Assembly (NCBI GenBank): GCA_903813345.2
Contig: CAIIXF020000001.1
Coordinates: 18,538,001-18,602,000, forward strand
Reading direction: 5' to 3'
Length of the DNA: 64,000 bases
Source of the DNA: Owenia fusiformis
Lineage: Eukaryota
The translations under genes and the position numbers were made by a program. The notes beneath the pieces were generated by a model that was given only the letters and a program-made list of their open reading frames with translations, had not been told where the DNA came from and did no database searches. This document shows positions 61,910 to 64,000 of the stretch, one piece after another. Within the stretch, counting starts at the first letter, position 1, and the number at the start of each line of letters is the position of its first letter.

Positions 61910-64000
61910 TTGTGATATTAAAGGAATTATAAATTAATTATATAACCCAGCAACTCTGAAGTATTGTATTGAATTCAGGAACAAACTTCGAAGATCTAGA
62001 ACAGAATTTATTTTCAATAGTGTATGGGTGATGCACATCCAATGGTCAGATCTCATATCCCCAATCCAAACTTGGATATCATATCTTTATCCAAGGGAAT
62101 ACATATCTATTCCCGGGAATAGGAATATAAATGTGACTGACTGTGGCATAATGAAAGGCCTTGAAATAAAGTAATGCATCTTTTTTAGTAACTTTTTGTT
62201 ATAAGTGGAAAAATTTCTTGAACGGTTTTAATAAAAAAAAATAAATAAAAAATTATCAAGAGGATATTGCAGTTCTGTTGCTTCAATTGTGGATGAAATG
62301 AAATCATTCAAAATATGCTCGATATAACTTAAATAATTAAACACTTTACAATTGGTCAGAATCCAGACTATTCTGTGTTAAGCTTAAATCTAATTGGTTC
62401 TAATGGGTGACGTTAACTTATAATTGTACAGAAATGGGTTGGGCACCATAGGTAGATGTTTCATCACCACCAAGAAATGGTGACACGAAATATTGCCATC
62501 TCTAACAAACTAATGGTTGAATTGACTTGAAATTTCATACATTGAACATCTATAGAGATATCGCAAAACTACAATGTAATATTGTTCAAAATTGCTTATC
62601 AGGCTCCTGGTAATCTTAAATTGTGGAGAATGGAACTAACTATGAAGAATGTGAGACACAATTGAAATACATCTTTCCTTGTGCACACATTAAACAAACA
62701 ACACAATTTTTAGTTTTAGAAAACTGTTAGCTATTTATTTCTGGATGTACTCTGTATATATTGTCGTTTTCTTCAAGTATTTCCTATTATATTTCAGATA
62801 CAATATTATCACCAAGAAAAAAGAATTACACTTAAGTCATTTAAATATTTTGGGCTCTACACAGGAATAGACTTTATCTTTATAAATTTATCTGTAGGAT
62901 ACACCCAGCACAACTAAAAAGTCCTATCATTGTAATTGAATATAAATAGATTTTGGTTGTCAAACCTTTACCCTATGGTAATTAAGGATGGGACAGAATG
63001 AAAAATTTTGGAACATGAGTAGAACGGCCTTCAGTATGGGACATTTTCAGAATGGAAATCACTCAGATAGAAGAGAACTGAAATTAAAATTGATGGCCAA
63101 TACTGATGTTCAGTTTTTTATTATTAAATTTTGGATAGAATTTGCATGTTTACAATCTAATAGGGGGAAAAGTACTAAAAGCGATGTGTTCTGTTCCATA
63201 CTGAAAGTGCTGCCTCATATTTCACAGAATTGTAGTTACAAGCAACTGACCCATCCCTAATGGTAATAATTACTGTTCACTGTTGTTAATGGTGTCATGT
63301 TTTTATTAGCAACAATTGGTGATTTATGAGAATTACATGCGGTACTTGTAGTAAATGAAATAACAAAACAAGTTAACTTGAAATGAGAATGTACAGTACT
63401 CATGGGGGTCTGTATATGTGAGAACCATCTGTAAGCGATCCCCTCTGCAAATATTGTAACCCATCTTTTTTACAAATCCATAAACTTTAGTAATTTAGGA
63501 AATATTGCCATATTAAACATGAATTTAGATTGCATCTAGACTTTTTCAGATATTTACAAGATATTGTATTCATCTTTATATAACGCACACGTGATGCAAA
63601 AATGATGGGAGATAACCTGTATGGCCTGCATTCTCATATGATGCACTAAAGAGCCACTAAGTCCATTCTGTGAGCAGTCACTCAGTGTGTTTATTGTTCT
63701 TTCACTGCAGAAGTTAATTCAGTTTTCCTTGGGACCTCAGTCTCACTGACATTCAGAGTTTACATAAATATTTCTTTACATGACTTTTTTTAATGTGACA
63801 GCTGACAGCATATAGCGTACTGAAACAACACTGATGAATCATATGGAAATCCAAGTGAATCAAGAATTTGAAGAAACAAGAAAGAAAGCAAGATCACACT
63901 GGACAAAATGCTAGGAGATTGCCCAATAATTTGGAAATGAAGATGTAATTCTGAAATCTAAGTAAAGGCACCCTCTGAGTGCAGGGCTTCAGACAGCATT

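Overview
AT-rich animal genomic DNA, probably a marine invertebrate (inferred from the spliced genes and the repeat types). Three spliced genes were reconstructed by hand: the 3' part of an RGS-domain gene (+, 12356-16974), a complete 15-exon ORC1 (-, 25208-39444) and a complete 8-exon PRPF38A (+, 39681-61909). ORC1 and PRPF38A are head-to-head, with their ATGs 236 bp apart. The most unusual object lies in the 18.7 kb first intron of PRPF38A: a 12.2 kb Ty3/gypsy-type LTR element (40212-52428; ATAT TSD, tRNA-Leu PBS). It has two apparently identical 4474-bp LTRs and a 3.3 kb interior encoding only Gag plus protease, with no RT, RNase H or integrase. Most of each LTR, downstream of a TATA/Inr, consists of arrays of stem-loop units (about 68 bp and 65 bp); the 68-bp units show compensatory and G-U substitutions. 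This element is nested in a P-superfamily-like non-autonomous DNA transposon (31-bp TIR, 7-bp TSD). The rest of the window is dense in Helentron-associated (HINE/DINE-1-like) elements, MITEs, minisatellites and a mariner transposase remnant. All coordinates and alignments were read by eye; no searches were run.
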